From the UHGV virus genome UHGV-1375844: 64,000 nt of DNA; one strand, written 5' to 3'. The notes under the pieces are model-generated. The model was not told the DNA's origin. It saw only the letters and a program-made list of their open reading frames with translations, and did not search any database. The stretch's first letter is position 1. Each line of letters opens with the position of its first letter. Of this stretch, positions 9,776 to 19,901 are shown one piece after another. The DNA is from a virus. A program made the translations under genes and the position numbers.

Positions 9776-12089
9776 AGATTTTGCACGCGCCATCGCATTC
9801 ATCTTCCGGCTCAACCGCCTCTGCATGAGGCTGTTCTGATGCCAGGTTATCTTCTTCGCGTTTGCCCGCCCCATCGCGAGTGTTGTGGTAATAAAGAGTT
9901 TTCACACCTTGCTGATAGGCATACAGCAGGTCTTCCAGCAGCTTCATCATGGGAACTTTATCGCCAGGGAAGCGAGTGGGGTCGTAGTTGGTATTTGCGG
10001 AAATAGCCTGATCAAAGAACTTCTGGATGATGGCGACCTTAGTCAGATAACCGCGGTTATCCGGCATATCCCAGAGATACTCGTAGTCCCCTTTTAGGGT
10101 TTCGAAATCCGGAACCACCATTTTCACAATACCGTCCTTAGACGACTTAATGGAAACCGGGCCGCGCGGCGGCTCGATACCATTGGTGGAATTGGTGATC
10201 TGACTGGAGGTCTCACACGGCATTTGTGCGGTCAGAGTCGAGTTACGCAGACCATGCTCACGGATGCGGCCACGCAATTCCTCCCACGGCATTTTCAGCT
10301 CGAAAGAGGTCTCCGGGTTGGCATCCAGTGTTTTACGATAATGGTCAACTGGCAGCTGGCCCTGCGCGTATTTGGTATGCGAGAACCAGTCACACGCACC
10401 TTTTGCTTCGGCCAGGCGGTTGCTTGCATCAAGCAGGTAATACTGAATGGCTTCGAAGGTTTCATGCACCAGTTGGTTGCCGGCAGCGTCAGAATAGTTA
10501 AAGCCGTTCTTCGCCAGATAGTAGGCAAAATTGGTCACGCCAATCCCCAGACTACGACGTGCTTTGGCAGGGAGTTCTGCAGCGGCCATAGGGTAGTCCT
10601 GATAATCGAGCAGAGAGTCCAGCGCCGCCACAGCATAGAACGCCACGTCTTTAAGTGCGTCCAGCGTGCGGATCGCACCCAGGTTAAACGCAGATAGGGT
10701 GCAAAGCGCGATTTCCCCGTTCGGATCGTCAGTGAATGCCAGTGGTTTAGTCGGCAGCGTGATCTCCATGCAGAGGTTGGACTGGTGTACCGGCGCAATT
10801 TCCGGAACGAACGCGCCGTGATCGTTCATGTGGTCGACGTTCGCAATATAAACGCGACCAGTAGAGGCACGCTCCTGCATCAGCGTCGAGAACAGTTCGA
10901 CAGCCGGGATGGACTTCTTGCGAATGCTGTCATCGGCCTCGTATTGCAGGTACATCTCTTCAAACTTATCCTGGTCAACAAAGAACGCTTCATACAGACC
11001 CGGTACATCGTGTGGGCTGAACAGAGTAATGTTTTCGTTGCGCACCAGGCGGCGATACATCAGACGGTTAATCATTACGCCATAGTCGAGATGGCGAACG
11101 CGGTTTTCTTCGATGCCACGGTTGTTTTTCAGCACCAGCAGACTTTCAACTTCCAGATGCCAGATCGGATAGAACGCTGTAGCAGCACCGCCGCGCACGC
11201 CGCCCTGGGAGCAGGACTTCACCGCCGTCTGGAAGTGTTTCAGGAATGGAATAACACCAGTATGGGTGGCCTCGCCATTGCGGATCTCACTTCCCAGCGC
11301 TCGCAGGCGTCCAAAGCCAATACCAATGCCTGCGCGACGTGACACGTAATCGATGATTGCGGAAGATGCAGCGCTAATGCCCTTCAGACTATCTTCAGCT
11401 TCAATGAGAACACAACTGGAGAACTGGCGAGTAGGCGTGCGCACACCTGCCATGATTGGCGTTGGCAAAGAAAGTTTGAATGTACTGGTTACATCGTAAA
11501 ATCCTTTGACCATTTCCAGGCGAGTTTTGCCGGCACAACCATCTTCCCAATTTTGAAAGAGGCACATGCCCACCAGCATATACAGCTGTTGCGGTCCTTC
11601 GTAGATTTCACCCGTAACGCGGTTTTGAACAAGGTATTTGCTCGCCAGTTGTACAGTGGCAGCGTAACCAAAGTATTCGTCGCGCTTAGGTTTGATGTAG
11701 GCGCCCAGCTCTGCAATCTCTTCCACAGAGTAGAATTTGAGAAGGTCTTCATCGTAAACACCCCGGCTCACGTTGCTCACGATGTGGTTGTAAAAATTTG
11801 GATAGTCGTATTGGCCAAAGGCATCTTTACGAAGTTTGAACAGATTCAGCCGCGCAGCGACCTTTGAATAATTCGGCGTTTCTGGAGAGATCAGATCGGC
11901 AGCAGACTTTACCAGGGCCTCATGCAGTTGGCAGGTAGTCATACCATCAAAGATACTTGCTGCGGCGCCCATAGCGACTGCGGAAGCGCTAACGTTGCGG
12001 ATATTTTCTACACCCCACATTACAACGCGGTTGTATTTTTCTTCAGATAGCGGTTCTACTGAACCGTCACGTTTTACGATGCTTATCAT
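9774..12089 (-). CDS. nrdA: ribonucleoside-diphosphate reductase alpha subunit (class Ia)
   Basis: 771 aa with N-terminal ATP-cone and typical NrdA regions; upstream of nrdB. Confidence 0.95.
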   Translation of the reverse strand: MISIVKRDGSVEPLSEEKYNRVVMWGVENIRNVSASAVAMGAAASIFDGMTTCQLHEALVKSAADLISPETPNYSKVAARLNLFKLRKDAFGQYDYPNFYNHIVSNVSRGVYDEDLLKFYSVEEIAELGAYIKPKRDEYFGYAATVQLASKYLVQNRVTGEIYEGPQQLYMLVGMCLFQNWEDGCAGKTRLEMVKGFYDVTSTFKLSLPTPIMAGVRTPTRQFSSCVLIEAEDSLKGISAASSAIIDYVSRRAGIGIGFGRLRALGSEIRNGEATHTGVIPFLKHFQTAVKSCSQGGVRGGAATAFYPIWHLEVESLLVLKNNRGIEENRVRHLDYGVMINRLMYRRLVRNENITLFSPHDVPGLYEAFFVDQDKFEEMYLQYEADDSIRKKSIPAVELFSTLMQERASTGRVYIANVDHMNDHGAFVPEIAPVHQSNLCMEITLPTKPLAFTDDPNGEIALCTLSAFNLGAIRTLDALKDVAFYAVAALDSLLDYQDYPMAAAELPAKARRSLGIGVTNFAYYLAKNGFNYSDAAGNQLVHETFEAIQYYLLDASNRLAEAKGACDWFSHTKYAQGQLPVDHYRKTLDANPETSFELKMPWEELRGRIREHGLRNSTLTAQMPCETSSQITNSTNGIEPPRGPVSIKSSKDGIVKMVVPDFETLKGDYEYLWDMPDNRGYLTKVAIIQKFFDQAISANTNYDPTRFPGDKVPMMKLLEDLLYAYQQGVKTLYYHNTRDGAGKREEDNLASEQPHAEAVEPEDECDGACKI

Positions 12090-12100
12090 GTATCACCCAA

Positions 12101-12130
12101 TTAAAAAGGCCACTATATCTAGTGGCCTCA
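12101..12130 (-). terminator. rho-independent terminator (GGCCACTA stem, T5 tract)
   Basis: Hairpin plus TTTTT on minus strand just downstream of the RuvC-like gene. Confidence 0.55.
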
Positions 12131-12134
12131 TGTT

Positions 12135-12155
12135 AATAGATAAGTACTTACCTAT
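12135..12155. promoter_or_regulatory. dispersed palindromic motif copy (ATAGATAAGTACTTACCTATC) upstream of nrdA
   Basis: One of ~20 copies of the TAAGTA..TACTTA palindrome, ~45 bp upstream of the nrdA start. Confidence 0.5.
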
Positions 12156-12166
12156 CAATCCGGAGC

Positions 12167-12736
12167 TTATAAAATTCCTGAAAGAACGTCTCGAACCTGT
12201 CGGAATTGGTCTGTCTGCATACCGGTGTAAATCGACGCCACGGCATCTGCAAGGTGCTCGTTTTTACCCACCAGCACTTCTTTGCCAGATTGTTTCCGTC
12301 GAAGCCACGGGGCATTTGGTTGCTTCTGCGTAGCCCATTGTATGATTTCTTCTTTCGATGTAGTCAGCTTGTTTCCGACATAATGCTTGATCTCATTTGG
12401 TGTAACCTGAATGAGCGGCTTATCTACGCACGCGAGCACGCCAATGCAGATACCATATGAGGTCTGAGCACGACTCGATTGACTGCCAACCGGCAGCTCG
12501 CAAAAGACCATGTGTGCCTGCTCAATAATGGGCTTGGCTGTACGCCATATTTCATTGGCGCGGCGAAGATCGTCGCTGTTCACACGGACTGTTTTTTTAT
12601 TGCCACCGGCTTTGGTTTCTACCAGCGTTAGTCCGGTAATATCAAGATTACCCGTCTCCAGATCCAGCGTACCAATCGCCAGGCCAAAGTTGCTCATTGA
12701 AGGGTCTACACCGACCACCCGAATAGTTTTACTCAT
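12167..12736 (-). CDS. RuvC-like Holliday junction resolvase
   Basis: VGVDPSMSNFGLAIG N-terminus and EHLADAVASIY acidic motif typical of the RuvC/RNase H fold. Confidence 0.6.
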   Translation of the reverse strand: MSKTIRVVGVDPSMSNFGLAIGTLDLETGNLDITGLTLVETKAGGNKKTVRVNSDDLRRANEIWRTAKPIIEQAHMVFCELPVGSQSSRAQTSYGICIGVLACVDKPLIQVTPNEIKHYVGNKLTTSKEEIIQWATQKQPNAPWLRRKQSGKEVLVGKNEHLADAVASIYTGMQTDQFRQVRDVLSGIL

Positions 12737-12746
12737 TTTGGTCTCC

Positions 12747-13496
12747 TTACCACGAAGCCCAGACAGGGCACTCCATTAATTTCTGCTCAAGGGTCTTCTC
12801 CACCGCACGAGCCGCCGAAGATGCGTGTGACTTGTCCACAACGTTAACGATGTCATTAGTGAAAGAACCTGTCGCAATGTCTGCGCTGATCATGCTTTGC
12901 CCGATGAAGCAGCTCAGGATGTCGATCAACCGCCGCGCTTTTCGTCTATCAGCATAAAACACATGCGGGAGAGCGACTTCGATCCTCGCTACACTGCCAT
13001 CCTCACCTACAAAGCACAGTTTTGCTCGCTCATGAGCAGGTCCCTCTGGATTGTACTCTATGTGGAAGTTGGCAAACGCAACGCCCGGCATCGTAACGTG
13101 GCCGGCGCTCTCGTTAGCTTTGCGAATCAGATTGGTGAAAGCGATGCTGAGGTGCGACTCCATCGCGCCGAAAAGCGCACTTTCGTTGATGTTCAACTCA
13201 CCAGTTTCAGGGATCGTTACAAAACCCGGCCCAGAATATGGAAGATAACCGCCTTCCGCGAATGGGTTGATCAGGATTGGCGCGGTGCTTCCTGACGGCA
13301 GAGCGTCCAGGTTTGGCATCGTCGGAGTCGCGGCCAAAAGGTTTGTCAGAACCGAAAACTGGTCAGTGAGAACATTGCCGTTGTACCAGGCAAGCCTCGG
13401 AGATGCACCAACTGACGTATGACTATTGATCAGCCTGATGGACTGCATAACTGCAAACATCTGCAAAAACTGTGTGCGGCTCAAATTAAACGACAT
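12747..13496 (-). CDS. hypothetical protein (~249 aa)
   Basis: Internal ATG at ~13496 with AAGAGGG RBS; short overlap with the upstream Rad50-like gene. Confidence 0.45.
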   Translation of the reverse strand: MSFNLSRTQFLQMFAVMQSIRLINSHTSVGASPRLAWYNGNVLTDQFSVLTNLLAATPTMPNLDALPSGSTAPILINPFAEGGYLPYSGPGFVTIPETGELNINESALFGAMESHLSIAFTNLIRKANESAGHVTMPGVAFANFHIEYNPEGPAHERAKLCFVGEDGSVARIEVALPHVFYADRRKARRLIDILSCFIGQSMISADIATGSFTNDIVNVVDKSHASSAARAVEKTLEQKLMECPVWASW

Positions 13497-15402
13497 AGCT
13501 GCGGCCCTCTTTGACTTCAACAGTGATTGTTTCCCTGAACCACGACTTCATCTCCTTATGCGAAATGATCATCACTGTGCCGCGCTCGCGCGCTTTTGAC
13601 TCAAGAATCCCCATGAGACGTTCAAGGCCGGCAGTGTCCAGCGCATCGTCAATCTCATCGCCGATAAACAGTTCAATGCTCTTGCTGGCGCGACTGGCGA
13701 CCAAATCCTGCAAGGCAAGTGAGCACGCTATGCGCACCTTTCGCTTCTCTCCTCCTGATAATGTCTGGAAGGATTTGCTGGCGCCGGTTTTCGTCACGCT
13801 GATATTAAACTTATCGCGATATTCCCCTTTCTTGGTGGTCTCCATCGTTGACCATTCAGCAACAATATTCCCGTCAGAAAGCGTGTTGAGATACTCCGCA
13901 GTTCTGATATTCAGGAACGGTGTCACAGATGTCAAAATGTGGGAGCGCACTCCTGCTGGGGAATAAACCTGGCGTGCCTTCTCCAGTAGCAAAGCCTGCT
14001 CCTGTATATTCTTTAGCTCTGTTTTTAATACTGCGTAATTAGATTTATTGGCAGCCAGGCTCTCTTCGTGACGCTTAATGACTGCGGTAAAAGGGTTAAC
14101 CTCCGCAATGATTCTGTTCACCTCAGAACGTGCTCTGGCGACCACAGCTTCTACAGCGGCAAGCTCGCGTTCACGGTGGTTCAATGCACTCAGTTCATTG
14201 GTCAGCCGCTCAATTTTGGCGATAATGGCTGACACATCGGGAGCGGCTGCGACCATTGCGGATTCGATACCGAGCGCTTTTTCAAGATGCTCTTTGTATT
14301 TAACCACTGCCGCTGCTGATGCCTGCGCCTGGCTGATCTCGTTACGCGCTTGTTCAATGAAACTCTCCTTTACGGTGGATAAATCTTCTTCACAGTAGGG
14401 TTTGCCACACGTCGCGCAAGGGGCGCCAACTTTGGTACCTACCTCTTCTGCTTTTGCTTTGAATGCACGAGCGCGGCCTGTGGAATTGTTCTGGGCGGCT
14501 TCCGCGCTACGGATACTGGCGCGAATATCCGTGATCACAGTTCGCACTTTTAACAACTTTGAATCATGTTCTTCTTTGGAGGCCAGCTTCTCGCGCTCAG
14601 AAATAATTGCTCTTTCCGTATCACGAATTTGCTCAGGGAGTGTGCGGATCTCCATCTCCACTTCGGAAAGAGTTACTTCTGCGCCGGCCAAGTCTACGCG
14701 AGCCTTATCCAGACGATCGCCGCGCTCACGTTCCCAGCTTTCAGAAGACGCTTTAGCCGACTCAATTTCCGACTGTGCCGTTTCAATGAGTGTGATGCAG
14801 GCGTCCATTTTGGTCTTCGTAACATCCATTCGTGCGGCAGCTGCATTGGCTCGTTCACGGGCAATCGCGTAGGCACGAGTGAGTCTGTCAACGCCCGCAG
14901 CCTCCTCTACAATGGTTTTGAGGTTCTTATCTGACATGCCGGGAAGATCTGGCATCGCCTCCTGACTGGCATAGATTGACGCCATAAAGACCTCTTTTGA
15001 GGCGCCAATCAGACGTTCAACGAACTCCTGCGTCAACGTATCCTTGCCTTTAGTCATATCGCCGTCTTCGCCACGGACGATTAGCCTGTTTTTGAACTCT
15101 TTATGTTTGCGATGGCGAATGATGGCGTAGCGCTTGCCTTCATCTTCAACAGTCACCATCACTCGACAATTTTTTTCATGGCCCGTCGACAGAACATCGT
15201 CCCCTTTAACGCCATGCGCAGTTTCGCCATAAAGACACCACATCAAGCTGTTCATCAGGGTGGATTTCCCCGCGCCATTACTGGCAGCAGACGTATCGCC
15301 ACTGTTCACGCCCTGGATTAACACCAGCCCACGCTGATCTAACTCAACTTCGGCGCTGGCCAGCGCCATAAAGTTCTCAACCTGGAGCTTAAGAAATTTC
15401 AT
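13486..15402 (-). CDS. SbcC/Rad50-like recombination ATPase
   Basis: Walker A GVNSGDTSAASNGAGKST, long coiled coil, LSGGEKRK signature, Walker B LFIGDEIDDALD. Confidence 0.8.
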   Translation of the reverse strand: MKFLKLQVENFMALASAEVELDQRGLVLIQGVNSGDTSAASNGAGKSTLMNSLMWCLYGETAHGVKGDDVLSTGHEKNCRVMVTVEDEGKRYAIIRHRKHKEFKNRLIVRGEDGDMTKGKDTLTQEFVERLIGASKEVFMASIYASQEAMPDLPGMSDKNLKTIVEEAAGVDRLTRAYAIARERANAAAARMDVTKTKMDACITLIETAQSEIESAKASSESWERERGDRLDKARVDLAGAEVTLSEVEMEIRTLPEQIRDTERAIISEREKLASKEEHDSKLLKVRTVITDIRASIRSAEAAQNNSTGRARAFKAKAEEVGTKVGAPCATCGKPYCEEDLSTVKESFIEQARNEISQAQASAAAVVKYKEHLEKALGIESAMVAAAPDVSAIIAKIERLTNELSALNHRERELAAVEAVVARARSEVNRIIAEVNPFTAVIKRHEESLAANKSNYAVLKTELKNIQEQALLLEKARQVYSPAGVRSHILTSVTPFLNIRTAEYLNTLSDGNIVAEWSTMETTKKGEYRDKFNISVTKTGASKSFQTLSGGEKRKVRIACSLALQDLVASRASKSIELFIGDEIDDALDTAGLERLMGILESKARERGTVMIISHKEMKSWFRETITVEVKEGRSYVV

Positions 15403-15590
15403 ACAACACCTCTGATCCCGTGAGTCAGTTTCTGACCTTTTTTCAATCTAAACTCCGTGTGCGCCGGGAAGGACTTACGCTTTAGCAAGCCTTGTTCAGT
15501 AAGTCTCCCCAGATAAAACGCCATTGGATTTCCGTCTGGCGGATAGGGCTTGTGGAACATCACCGTCTGGCCTCGTTCAAGTCTTTTCAT
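15399..15590 (-). CDS. small hypothetical protein (~63 aa)
   Basis: Fills the gap between the Mre11-like stop and the Rad50-like start; ATGA overlap with the Rad50-like start. Confidence 0.3.
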   Translation of the reverse strand: MKRLERGQTVMFHKPYPPDGNPMAFYLGRLTEQGLLKRKSFPAHTEFRLKKGQKLTHGIRGVV

Positions 15591-15631
15591 CGTGATGGCA
15601 AAGTCCCGAAAGCTCCCAGCATGATTTCTGC

Positions 15632-16717
15632 TCACACTGCCTCCGCGCTCTCCGCTTCGGTAAGAATTTCCTGACACAGCATGTCCAGTTTGCTTAAGTC
15701 GAAGCCGCCGTCCGTGTCGTGGACAATCTTGCAATACGCCGCGACGGACTCACCCAGACTGTCAATTTTGCTGGTCTCCGATGTACTGGCAGAACCCTCC
15801 ATCATTGACGCCTTACGAATGAAGTTGCAGACAATGCCTTTCGCGCCCATTGTTTTCAGGACGTTCTGGATTTTGATCCCTTCCTCATCGCTATCAACGA
15901 CGGCGCGGAAACGCACGTAATTCCCGCGGATCTGCGTGTCGTCCACATCATCTTCAAGGTTCACGAATTTGGGTGCAGAGGTTTCATGGTGGCTGAAAGA
16001 GCCGTCCGGATTGACGATCATGAAACCGGCCAGCGAGCCTACATCTCCCCAATTCTGGTGTGTCAGAGCGCCGATACTCACGACGCCAGGCAGCACCTCT
16101 TTGTGGTTGTGGTAATGCCCGGACAGCAGCAGGCGAAAGCCAATGTCTTTCAGTTCTTGTGCGTCTATGCCCACATCAGGCATGGTTGGAATGGCTTTAT
16201 TGATCGAGGTATGCACTACTACGTCATGCTTTCCGTCGTCCAGACCAGACCGCAGCGTCTTCAGGTCGCTAATCAGTTCCGCGTGGTTGTTTCGCCAGCT
16301 CACCATATGGACTGAAACATCGCCCATTTTGATGGTATGGGGGCGTTTGCCGCAGACGATCTCCACCCCAATCGAGCGCAAAGATGCCGCGGCGTTAGCG
16401 CTGTAAACGGAGTCGTTTGTTTCAAGGTCGTGATTGCCCGCCAACATAGCTACTTTGAGGCCAAGCTCTTTGATAATCCATTCGTATGTTTCCGTGACGA
16501 AATGCAGAACAGAAGGCGATACGGCGCCACGAACATGAAACGTATCGCCAGCCACCAACATGTACTTGCAACCGACCGCTTTCATGGCTTTCGCAGCTTC
16601 TTTGGTGGCGTCGAGTTGAATCTCCAGTCTGGAGTTCAAGCCGTCAGCGTTTGTTGTCGCAAAAGCATCCCAACGATGATAATGGGGATCTGAAATCACC
16701 CCGTATGGAACAGTCAT
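15632..16717 (-). CDS. SbcD/Mre11-like nuclease (calcineurin-like phosphoesterase)
   Basis: Motifs ISDPHYH, VAGDTFH, LAGNHD; start at internal ATG ~16717 with AAGGAAAG RBS. Confidence 0.8.
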   Translation of the reverse strand: MTVPYGVISDPHYHRWDAFATTNADGLNSRLEIQLDATKEAAKAMKAVGCKYMLVAGDTFHVRGAVSPSVLHFVTETYEWIIKELGLKVAMLAGNHDLETNDSVYSANAAASLRSIGVEIVCGKRPHTIKMGDVSVHMVSWRNNHAELISDLKTLRSGLDDGKHDVVVHTSINKAIPTMPDVGIDAQELKDIGFRLLLSGHYHNHKEVLPGVVSIGALTHQNWGDVGSLAGFMIVNPDGSFSHHETSAPKFVNLEDDVDDTQIRGNYVRFRAVVDSDEEGIKIQNVLKTMGAKGIVCNFIRKASMMEGSASTSETSKIDSLGESVAAYCKIVHDTDGGFDLSKLDMLCQEILTEAESAEAV

Positions 16718-16832
16718 GTGTCTTTCCTTTGTGGTTATTTTGATACAGATTTTATGCGTGTCAGAAAGGCGAGCAATCCAGACATAAAGGCGCATTAGGA
16801 AATGTACAGGCACATGATTATGACAAAATATA

Positions 16833-16852
16833 TAAGTAATTACCTACTTATT
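16833..16852. promoter_or_regulatory. dispersed palindromic motif copy (ATAAGTAATTACCTACTTAT)
   Basis: Upstream of the Mre11/Rad50 operon. Confidence 0.5.
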
Positions 16853-16888
16853 TTTGAGTTGCTTAGAATCGCCCATATAGGGCGATCC

Positions 16889-17383
16889 TCAACTTGGATC
16901 GCGAAAAAGAAGTTGTGTACCAGTTGGCGAGGTGTCAATGAGACGGAAACCGCGGCGTTTTAGCATATCGGCCATTTGAGAGGATTTGATGTAGCACTTC
17001 GCCATCATCGGCTGGCTCGGGTTTGAAGCGAGCATGTCGGACACCAGCATTGACCCATAGCCTTTCCCGCGAAGCTCTTTGGCGATACTGACGGCACGGA
17101 GTTCAAGTCGTGGCGCACCGGTTGGATCGAGTGCGGCGCAGAACCAAATTAGCCCGGCTTTTCTGTCATCAGAACGGCGCAGTAGGATGTAAATAAAATG
17201 CCCAGAGTATTGGCCCTGCTCGTTCGTCTTGATTGCCAGCCTGATTTGCTTCTCAAAGGTTTTACCCCCGTTGGATGTGAGGATATCTTCGTAGAAGTGA
17301 CCTTTGCGTGCGCCGTCTTCAAACTCACCCATGATAAATGGCATGTCTGCCACAGTTGCTGCCCTTGAATAAAATTCACTCAT
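16889..17383 (-). CDS. GNAT-family N-acetyltransferase
   Basis: Acetyl-CoA binding motif RGKGYGSMLV; ~164 aa. Confidence 0.6.
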   Translation of the reverse strand: MSEFYSRAATVADMPFIMGEFEDGARKGHFYEDILTSNGGKTFEKQIRLAIKTNEQGQYSGHFIYILLRRSDDRKAGLIWFCAALDPTGAPRLELRAVSIAKELRGKGYGSMLVSDMLASNPSQPMMAKCYIKSSQMADMLKRRGFRLIDTSPTGTQLLFRDPS

Positions 17384-17458
17384 GTATTAACCCCTAAAGC
17401 TCTCAGCGCCTTTCTAAGACACCATATTTTATGCCCCGGTAAAACCATGAGTTTACGT

Positions 17459-18103
17459 TTAAAACGTCTCAGGGGGCTTCTGACGCGCTACGCTGATGTC
17501 GATCACCCCAGCTTTTGGTCGAGGGTCGAAAAGATTCAGCTCTTCAGCGCTGTGATACTCCGTATCGAACTCCCGATCGACATGGCGGATATAGATGGCT
17601 GTGAGCAGGCTGTCATCATTCAGGAAGTGTCCGTAGGATTTGCGGATCACTTCGCCCACCTTCTCGATCTTTTCCCCGCCTATGCAGAGATGGTTAAATC
17701 GACTGTGTTTCCGCAGCATCTCATCCACCGGGCCGGAGTATACCTTATCGACTCTTCCGAACCGGATGATACTTCCCTTTTCAGCCTCGACCAGACAAAC
17801 GAGCTTGCCAGGCTCGACTCTGTCTTTCCACGTTACACCAGAGCGTAGCGTGTTGAAGTAGGGTGCATCTAATCCGATGATCGGTTTACGAAATGCCAGC
17901 AGTGGAACATACCTGATGCAGCTGTTCAGGTGAAAGTGAGCACCGGCATCATGTAATTTTAAGCGAGCCTCATTGATAGGGCATTTCGATGCTATGCCGC
18001 AAAGGTCACAGAGTAGCTTCAGCTTGTTCAGGCTACTGTTGGACTCAATAGTGTATGAACCGTCTTCAAGACGGCGAACCCATCGCGTGCGTTTAAGATC
18101 CAT
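17459..18103 (-). CDS. hypothetical Cys/His-rich protein
   Basis: CDLCGIASKCP...HDAGAHFHLNSC cluster; start placed at internal ATG ~18103. Confidence 0.4.
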   Translation of the reverse strand: MDLKRTRWVRRLEDGSYTIESNSSLNKLKLLCDLCGIASKCPINEARLKLHDAGAHFHLNSCIRYVPLLAFRKPIIGLDAPYFNTLRSGVTWKDRVEPGKLVCLVEAEKGSIIRFGRVDKVYSGPVDEMLRKHSRFNHLCIGGEKIEKVGEVIRKSYGHFLNDDSLLTAIYIRHVDREFDTEYHSAEELNLFDPRPKAGVIDISVARQKPPETF

Positions 18104-18180
18104 TTTTGCTTTCTGATAGTGATTGTCGGTGCCACGATAACTTACAAGGCGCACCGATGTTTGCAAACGCCTGTTTTACT

Positions 18181-18262
18181 TATTCCCATTATTCACAGGA
18201 CCGATCCAATAATAAGATCCCCAGAGAGATCATACAGAAGATCAAAAGAGATCCCCGATCGT
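18181..18262. promoter_or_regulatory. origin-associated GATC cluster (6 GATC in ~60 bp) with a DnaA-box-like TTATTCACA
   Basis: GATC sites counted directly; resembles the methylation-sensitive P1 oriR layout. Confidence 0.5.
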
Positions 18263-18295
18263 CTCCAGCCCTTGGGGTTACTGGTCTGAGAAGGG

Positions 18296-18405
18296 TTTAC
18301 TATCCACTATGGGGAGGAAAGTAACCTCTGTAGAGAGCGTAATAACCGCTGTGGGTAGCAAAACAACCTCGCTGGAGAGCGGCTACTATCCACTGTAGAG
18401 AGTAG
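18296..18405. repeat. iteron array I (5 x ~21 bp, core CCACTrTrGrGAG)
   Basis: Five direct repeats at 21 bp spacing. Confidence 0.7.
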
Positions 18406-18584
18406 AACAGTATGTCTTCCCTGAATAACTACATGCCTTTAATTTTGGCTCATATAGCTGATTTACAAAGATAAATGCCAAATCCTGCCAGCAAAAATTC
18501 TGTTTCAGACACAAATTATCCCCAGAGAGGGCGGCCAATCTCACTCTGCAATTGCCTGATTTTTATAAACAGGCCCGATCCAGT

Positions 18585-18640
18585 AATTCAGATCCTAAAG
18601 AGAACCTAAGAGACCCACAAAGACCCAAAAAGATCCCCGC
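18585..18640. promoter_or_regulatory. second GATC-containing cluster
   Basis: Three GATC sites with A-rich spacers upstream of iteron array II. Confidence 0.4.
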
Positions 18641-18679
18641 ACCCCGCAAACCCTTATCGTGTCTGGCTTTAAGGATGAT

Positions 18680-18805
18680 CGTTATCCACTATAGAGAGCA
18701 AATCAACCACTGTAATGAGTAAGACAACCACTATGGAGAGCAGAAAAACCACTATAGACAGTGTATTAACCGCTATGTTGAGTGATACTATCCACTATAA
18801 CCAGT
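18680..18805. repeat. iteron array II (6 x ~21 bp) immediately upstream of repA (incC-like)
   Basis: Six direct repeats such as CGTTATCCACTATAGAGAGCA and AAGACAACCACTATGGAGAGC. Confidence 0.75.
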
Positions 18806-18845
18806 AAAAGACGCTGCCTGCGGCCACGCATTAGAGACTATCTGG

Positions 18846-19901
18846 ATGAGCGAAAACGACAATAAAAACATTGCGATAAGCGAAGCATTTTCCGAAACAG
18901 ACAAAAAAACCGGCGAACTTGTTACGTTAGTTCCTAACACCAACAACACAGTCCAGCCCGTTGCTCTCATGCGTTTAGGACTCTTTGTACCCACGCTTAA
19001 ATCCACAGCAAGGGGTAGAAAGGGACAAATGGTCTCAATGGATGCCACAGCTGAACTCAAACAACTTTCTCTGGCCAAAGCCGAAGGGTATGAGGACATA
19101 CGGATCTCCGGGATGCGCCTGGATATGGATAATGACTTCAAAACCTGGGTCGGCATCATTCATGCCTTTGCCAAACATAAGGTAGTTGGCGACACTGTCA
19201 CGTTATCGTTTGTCGAGTTCGTCAGGCTTTGCGGCATCCCGACTGCAAGGTCATCAGCGAGGCTGCGTAAGCGTCTTGAAGACTCTCTCAACCGTATTGC
19301 CACAAACACCATCAAGTTCCGAAGCAAAGGCTCTGAAGAGGTTTACGTAACGCACCTGGTGCAAACAGCGAAGTACAGCATCAAGAAAGACACCGTCGAG
19401 CTGAAGGCTGATCCTAAAATTTTCGAACTCTACCAGTTCGACAAAAAGGTCCTTCTTCAACTACGAGCGATCAACGAACTTTCCAGAAAAGAATCCGCGC
19501 AGGCGCTCTACACTTTCATCGAAAGTTTGCCTCCTGACCCGGCGCCTATCTCAATGGCCCGCTTACGCGCCAGGCTCAATCTAACCAGTCGCACCATTAC
19601 CCAGAACGCGACAGTCAGGAAGGCGATGGAGCAGCTGCGGGAGATCGGCTATCTCGACTACACAGAAGTGAAACGCGGTAGTTCTGTTTATTTCATTATC
19701 CACTATAGACGGCCAAAGTTGCGACCGGCTCAGATACCGGTCAAAGCCGGGCCAGACGAGCCTGAAGATAATTTCCCTGATGAAACTCAGGAGGACATCA
19801 TCGATGTTGTCCCGGAAGAAAAAGAATGCAAGATGGTCATGTTGAGCAAAGAAGAACTGGCGATTCTCGAAGAACTGCGTAAGGCAAAAGCGCGTAAATG
19901 A
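18846..19901 (+). CDS. repA: plasmid replication initiator RepA (P1 type)
   Basis: Clear similarity to P1 RepA as I recall it ([47 protein letters not shown]); flanked by iterons. Confidence 0.9.
   Translation: MSENDNKNIAISEAFSETDKKTGELVTLVPNTNNTVQPVALMRLGLFVPTLKSTARGRKGQMVSMDATAELKQLSLAKAEGYEDIRISGMRLDMDNDFKTWVGIIHAFAKHKVVGDTVTLSFVEFVRLCGIPTARSSARLRKRLEDSLNRIATNTIKFRSKGSEEVYVTHLVQTAKYSIKKDTVELKADPKIFELYQFDKKVLLQLRAINELSRKESAQALYTFIESLPPDPAPISMARLRARLNLTSRTITQNATVRKAMEQLREIGYLDYTEVKRGSSVYFIIHYRRPKLRPAQIPVKAGPDEPEDNFPDETQEDIIDVVPEEKECKMVMLSKEELAILEELRKAKARK

Noticed and set aside
10224-11342. Several plus-strand ORFs inside nrdA
   Set aside because: They are antisense to a well-supported NrdA coding sequence.
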